Source of the DNA: Eledone cirrhosa
Lineage: Eukaryota
Direction of reading: 5' to 3'
DNA length: 64,000 nucleotides
NCBI GenBank assembly: GCA_964016885.1
Contig: OZ024742.1
Location: forward strand, 187,612,001 to 187,676,000
Each line of letters begins with the position of its first letter. Position 1 is the stretch's first letter. This document shows, piece after piece, positions 56,261 to 64,000 of this stretch. Under the pieces are notes generated by a model. The model had not been told where the DNA came from, made no database searches, and saw only the letters and a list, made by a program, of their open reading frames with translations. The translations under genes and the position numbers were made by a program.

Positions 56261-57331
56261 ACTGAACATTAACTTAAACGATTCTTGATTATGAAGGATA
56301 TTGCGGGATTTGGTAATATAACAATTAATATAACTACTCATTAAGCTGGTAATTATGTCGTTACAGGAGTGATAACATGCAACAATTAGAGGCATTTAAT
56401 CACTGTAAAATAAACCATTGCATTTTGTAGAACCTGGGAGTTTCAGGCAGTTTCTTATCAAAACAAAATGCGAATATCAACATGGATCGCTATGGCTCAC
56501 TGTTCTTGTACAGAATATAAAAACTTGTGCTTAGATTGTCTCCCAATTTTGGCTTTATTATCGTGATTGTTTTTCTATTGTTTCCAGTGATGTTTGAGTG
56601 TTTTCTATGTATTTTAAACCGTTTCCCGTATCCCTACATATGTATGTGTATGTTGTAAAATTCGCACTTAGTATTCGTTTGTATGGCGTTTTGAAACCTC
56701 ACGGAATACGAACCCAATGAACTTTGTGAATTTTACAAACTGCAATAGCTTAACAAACACAAACATAGACATGAGACCACCAATTTGTGACAAGGGGAAA
56801 TTCGATTATATAGACCCCCTTTACTTTATTGTATCGACCCCCAAAGGATGAAAAGTAAAGTTTGCTTCGGTGGGATCGTAACTCAGAATGTAGGAAGTCG
56901 TATTTTTAATATTTATTTATAATTTAGCAAACCTAGGGAAAAGGCAACTTCAGTATTTATTATTGCTTATAGTTTCTGCATTAGCAAAGAGCTACGGAAC
57001 TGTTAACTTAATTTACAGTGATCATTTGAGTAAAAGAAGTAGCCATTGGTTGGTTGCGGTGATGGTGGTTAAACTATGTTGTTGTTAAATAGAGTAAGAA
57101 AATAGATATGGCATCTGTTATGCATAAATATTTGGTATCAGTACACCAGCGAGATTCAAAACGGTGTATCTTAAAATATTTAACCCGCAGACACATTGTT
57201 TCAGAACGAGAAGAATGCTTATAAATAAAGTTTATGTATTAACACAGTTTCGATTCTTTAAGAATCCGAACAGATTTCAGTAAAACTCATTGTGTGTATG
57301 CGTGTTTATGTATGTGCGTGTATATTCTTAC

Positions 57332-57362
<31 letters not shown>

Positions 57363-57976
57363 ATGGCTGTATATATATTATATATATATAGAGCTGTCTT
57401 GAAAATAATTATATATTGACTCTTTCAAGAATTTCTAAGACAGCTCTTCTATTTACTTGGCGCCTCATTGATTAGAGTGCGATATCAGATCTAAATCCGT
57501 TAAGAAAATAATAGAAAAAAAAGGTGTTAGCTAAGATATGAAGTGGACACAAAGGTGTAGAACTACTGGTGAGAATATAATTGTGTTAGAAGAATAGGAT
57601 TCGAAGGCTTTGCAAATTTTGACAGTATATCTTAATAAAGCCTTTGGAATATATAAAAATAACAAAACTTACAGAAGAACAAAATGAATGGATGGATAAA
57701 ATTCCTGTTGAGCCGACGAATACTTAATCTGGTAGAATGAGAATTGTAATCCAATACTTGCTAGTGGTTTTTATTGCATCGAACTGTCTCACCGTCAATC
57801 ATCGTATAAGAATGGACGGGGGTAATTGTTGGGGAAAACGTCCTATAAAACCGAGAGATTTCCGATAAATAATAAAATCGAATTCTCTAGAAGAAATCTG
57901 TCTTAAGGCAAATAATAAAGTAGTTTTCTTTGGTGTCACATTTCTCAATCTCTCAATACACACGCGTACACACACA

Positions 57977-58087
<111 letters not shown>

Positions 58088-58619
58088 TTTATCATTTATA
58101 TGCTCAGTGATTTTGATTGTCAAAACAGAAGTGTAAATATGATGCAGGAGAACGGAAAACATGTTTCTTTGGGTTAATCGCTTAGATAAAATAATTTTCA
58201 AATATAATCTTGTTTGTTGTTGGTATCAAATTCAATAGTTAAATTTTATGCCAATTTCACTTCAATTCGTTTCATTAATTCGTTGCTAACTATTTAAGCA
58301 AACATGACTATAAATATTGCAGCAAGTTCTTTTATTACAATGAATGGAAGAAAACGAGTAACATTTTCAACATGCTGCCAAGAAAATACAAGACGTTGTT
58401 GTAATGAAAAGATATTTGAAACACAATACACACGTCAAGTAAATTGTGAACAGTTGAAGATGTATGAAAATAGGCCGTCACCACTGCTTGTAATGAATTA
58501 ATTTCATAGAAAAATACATAATAACAAAGCTTTCTAAATCCCATAGTAATTGGATGTAAATTTATGCATATGTTTGTATTCATCAATTAATTCAAAAGAG
58601 TGTATTATATGAATTATTG

Positions 58620-59388
<769 letters not shown>

Positions 59389-59650
59389 TTGTCTGTAAAA
59401 TAAAAAATAATGATAATAATAATAATTGTAGTAATAAAATATGTAGAAAAGTAAACACTTGCTGATGTTTTTCCAATTCTCGAACCACTATAATTGATCA
59501 TCAAATTTACAAACAATTTACACATAAATAGCTTTAGAAATATGCACAACTATGCATAAATTTTCAAACGTAAGCAAGTAATATATATTTACGTGAGTGG
59601 TTCTTTTGAACGTGAGTATGTCTCTGTATTGGTCCGTGCATATGTGGCGG

Positions 59651-59709
<59 letters not shown>

Positions 59710-60489
59710 CTGTAAGCACACTGTATGTGTTCGCGCGCATGTACATATGTATTTAATACATATGTACACATACAGAGTATATATGGATTTATATACATAT
59801 GTACACACACAGTATATATGGATTTATATACACATGTATGCATGTGAGTGTATTTGTAACTGTTTATTGTGAGTGTATATCTGAATATATGTATTTATAT
59901 ACACGTTTGAATTTGCCTGTGTTTATATGTATTTATATACACGTGTGCATGTGCGTGTATATGTGTATGTATTTATATGCACACGTGTGCAGGTGTATGT
60001 ATGCAGATGTATGCATGTGCATCTGTGTATATATATATATATATAGTTATGCATGCGTGTGTTATGAACGTTCATAATGTGGTATTCTAAAATTGCTGTG
60101 CTATAGGCACGTACATATTAAATAATAGAAAATACAACAGGAAAGCAAACACTAAGAAATATAACATTACTTCCAGCCTGGTAATATTAAAACTTTGGGA
60201 AATACATTTGAGGAAACATTTCCTTTATTTAAGATTGATATTCACGATGTACAGTTATGTAAAACAAATTAGTTTTGTTTGTTTACGTTATGTTCCCAGT
60301 CTATTAACAAGAAAACAAATACACCTACATGCTCATACACAACAAACTAACATACATTCTCACAAACACACGCCCATTTATTCTTTTGTGTTTCAAAAGG
60401 AAAAAATGTGTACATATATATTCCAAAATATTAGTTCATTATAGATCCTGCATTATGGGGAACATTTAAATGTTCTATATCTGTAATTT

Positions 60490-61088
60490 CTAATTTAGGC
60501 ACAAGGCCAACAATTTTGGAGAAATTGAAGTCAATTAGATCGACACTAGTACTTGACTGGTACTTTATTTTATCGAACCCTGAAATGATGATAGGCAAAG
60601 TTGACCGCGGCAGGATTTGAACTCAGTACGTACAGAAAGTAATGCGAAGTAATTTGTCCAACGCTCTACTGATTCTGCCAACCCACTGTCCTCTATCTAA
60701 TCATAATTGTTTCTGCTTTAGGCACAAGGCCAGCAATTAACCAGTGTATTACTGCTACTTTATTTTAGCGACCCCGTAAGGATGAAAGGCAAAGTTAACC
60801 TCGGCGGGATTTGAACTCAGAATGCCAAGGACCGTAACTGTATGCGCCAAAGCATGGCGTCCGACCCTCTACCGATACTGCCAATCCACCGCCTCTATCT
60901 ATACATAATTTATTTCTACTTTTTTGCACAAGGCCAGCCAATACCCAGTGCATTACTGGTACTTTATTTTCTCGACCCCGTAAGGATGTACGGCAAAGTT
61001 AACCTCGGCAGGATTTGAACTCAGAATGGCAAGGGCCGTAACTCTATGCGTGAAAGAATGGCGTCCGACCCTCTACCGATACTACCAT
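60490..61088 (-). mobile_element. three tandem copies of the dominant SINE
   Basis: Units at about 60490-60690, 60705-60893 and 60906-61088, each gcacaaggcc..gatttgaactcag..ctctac.gat.ct.cca. Confidence 0.9.
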
Positions 61089-62319
61089 AATTTTTGATTT
61101 AGGTAAAAAGCAAACAATTTTGGGAAAGGGAATGTAGATTCTATCAAGTTAAATTACTGATGTCAACACTATTCACATTAGCATGGTTGTGCGTTTTGCA
61201 TATGTTTTCATAATTGAAAATCATGCAGTTTTAAAGAGACTCGTTTTTTTTTTATCGCCAACCTGGGAATCATGAGCATCAGCTAATTACATCAAATTGA
61301 GTACTTGACCGATACTTTATTTTATCGACCTCAGAAGGATTAAAGTCAAAGTTGAACTCGGTATGATTAGATATCAGAAAGAAAAGATCCGGAATAAATC
61401 ATGCAAATATTTTTCTGACTCTCGACATTCAACCGCTTCTCTCAGACTACCACCCCAAAACGTTTTCATAATAAAATCCAAAAGCATTATGCACTGTATA
61501 TTCATCTCAATATCTGTTTCTGATAACTTTTAAGCGCTAGACATATGAGCACATATGAAATTTGTAGTGCGGAATATGGTTATATATTTTTCTCTACAAA
61601 TTTAATACCAGACGACCCAATATATAAAATTTCAACGATATATTCACACACGTCTTTGTCTGATCTACATGTAAAATGTCTTTTCTTATGTGGTTCAGGT
61701 TTTTGATCCTCGGTTAATTGATTATAACATATTTGAAGACTTTATATGAACCTTACTTGGCGGTGTTTTGTACCCACTGAAGAGCAACTTGTCAGGCAGA
61801 TTATTTATAAATTAGAAATGGAGCATGTAATTCTATAAAATACACAAACCTATAAACCCATTTGAATATATATATCTTTATACATTTGTAGCAAGATGTC
61901 GTCACCTGGTGTCTGGCTTTAAAAACAGACTATTAACTGCCCTTAGTTCTGGCGTCATTAGCTAAAGGCTGTCTCTTCCGACATTGACTTCCATGCTAAC
62001 AAGATGTGTTTGTTGGCCGTCGCATCTATAATGCACCATGCGGTCAACGATACATTTCAACGCATCTCCTTTATGACAATATCTGACACGAAGTCAAGGA
62101 GCAACAGATGTAGTAACCTGTCTCGTTTATTTCAGTGATTAAAATGCTCATGTATATATAATCATCGAGGTATGTCTTTTATGAACTGTTTGTTGCGCAT
62201 TCACTTACAAAAAAACATATATAAGAGATGTTCATACAACCAAACTAGGGAAGTGAACAAATCCTCTAAACATTTAACACTTGGCAGTGAAAATATGTTT
62301 AACTATGTAGTCCAACAAT

Positions 62320-62555
62320 AATGGTTAGAATGTCCCAGAAAAGAATCGTTGGACAGATTTTACGGGCAAAACTAACTGGCAGGAGACCCAGGTATAGAGC
62401 CCGAGTAAGATGGTTGGATAACATCCATGAACTTGACCGGTATCAGTTGGGGATCCAGCCGGATTATTTAGAGACAGTTGCTTCTCACAGGACCCGTTAG
62501 GAGTGTATGAGGACTGCTCCCATGACCCGCACAGTAATAAGTGGGCGAAGAAGAG
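62320..62555 (+). mobile_element. RTE (Expander-like) 3' fragment
   Basis: MVRMSQKRIVGQILRAKLTGRRPRYRARVRWLDNI; homologous to 22380-22615. Confidence 0.8.
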
Positions 62556-62837
62556 TTCAATGAATTTAATGTGGGTTTATTTTGTAGATGAATTCACGTG
62601 TCTGTTGATTCGATACTTGTTGAGTATCATGTCTACTCGTGAACGTATGGAGTAGTTGTTAATTGAAAATTTATGAATGACTTGGCAAATATTACGAGTT
62701 GAAGTGTGATGGATTATTTCACTAAGTTAATAAAGATATTGACTGTTAACACGGATTATTATAAGTAATGAAGGATTTCTAGTAGATTCGCTGTTTAGTT
62801 TGTCAATGTATTTATGAAGATATATATAAAATATGAT

Positions 62838-63030
62838 TTCTAGTATAGGCACAAAGGGGGAGGAGAAAGTCGATTAAATACACAGTAGTTACTGGTGCTT
62901 TATTTTATTGACACCGTAAGGATGACAGGCAAAGTTAACCTCGGCGTGATTTGAACTCAGACCGTAAAGGGGCGTAACTCTATTCTGCAAAGCATGACGT
63001 CCGACCGTCTACCGATACAGCCAGTCCACC
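62838..63030 (-). mobile_element. dominant SINE copy
   Basis: Same motifs as 60705-60893. Confidence 0.85.
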
Positions 63031-63859
63031 ACGCTGTATATGCAAAATATAATAGAAATAGATATATTCATCTGTTTAAAAGATAAAAAAATAATGTCAA
63101 AATGTTACAAACCATGAGGTGTATAGTTGTTTAAGTGGTTTTGTGTGTATTTACCATGGTTTCCGGGCCACAAGAGCTTTCTGCGTGTATTGGGTCGTCA
63201 AGTAAGAAATTTGTAGAAATTTCTAGAACAAAAACACATGTTTACATATTTCATACTTGAAGACCCAATAATTGGATACTCCCTTTCATATGAATAGTAT
63301 CTGTAATTCATATAAATGGTATCTGGGAAGTGGGGAGAGAATAAATGAAAGTGAAAGAATCCACTAATATTTTAGCACTGTGTGTTAAGCTCAATGCGTT
63401 ATTCAGTTAAAAACCTGCAGGAATCAAACTCCAGGGTGCAATCCAAAGGGCTATGCTACTGGTAGATGAAGACGATAAAAGCCAGAGAGCATAAATAATC
63501 AATTCCGACAGAATACTAAATTAGTTATTGAATTACAATAATTTATTTCTATGATTTTTTTAATAAGGTGAACCGAATTAATTAATCAGTCAATCAATCA
63601 TTTATATAGCAGAAAACATGTCTCCTGGTATCGCCAGGAAATATAGATCAATTAAGAGTTACTTAGTCCCGTTAAGTTAATATATAGGGAAGCATTCAAA
63701 ATGTGAAAGAAAACATGATAGATAAACGGGATGTTGTATACGTAAAGAATAACGCCTTAACTTAAGCATTTTGCAAGAATGCATTGTATAAGATGTAAAA
63801 TATGTTTAAAGAGAAACTTAAACAGAATTGAAAGTCTCTACGTATAGCGAAACTGATAA

Positions 63860-64000
63860 TGATTTCTATTTTAGGTACAATGCCAGCAATTTTGGGGAGG
63901 GAAAAGTCCGTTAAATCGACCCCGTAAGGATGAAAGGCAAAGCTAACCTCAGCGGGATTTGAACTCAGAATGTAAAGGGGTATAACCCTATGCTGCAAAG
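63860..64000 (-). mobile_element. dominant SINE copy, cut by window end
   Basis: cgaccccgtaaggatgaaaggcaaagctaacctcagcgggatttgaactcag. Confidence 0.85.

Overview
This is an AT-rich, repeat-saturated eukaryotic intronic or intergenic window. The SINE families and huge (TA)n/(CA)n tracts suggest a cephalopod such as Octopus (inference). I found no convincing host exon, and nearly all listed ORFs are microsatellite artefacts. Recognisable content includes many tRNA-derived SINEs, decayed RTE-clade LINE pieces, an internally deleted Hsmar2-like mariner, a hAT-type transposase relic, a probable solo LTR and minisatellites. The main hidden signal is self-cleaving RNA. Several sequence-unrelated repeat families embedded in (TA)n tracts carry minimal type I hammerhead ribozyme motifs, usually inside long fold-back inverted repeats, which is the Penelope-like element pseudo-LTR (pLTR) architecture. 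Six copies have a fully canonical core (9309, 12613, 12904, 20344, 39688, 43160). In the youngest hairpins the few arm-to-arm differences fall mostly on catalytic positions of one arm. At 40.9-42.7 kb, two different short bipartite RTE derivatives join a 5'UTR with an HDV-like ribozyme fold to the C-terminal zinc finger and 3' tail. All folds and alignments were done by eye, so repeat boundaries are approximate.
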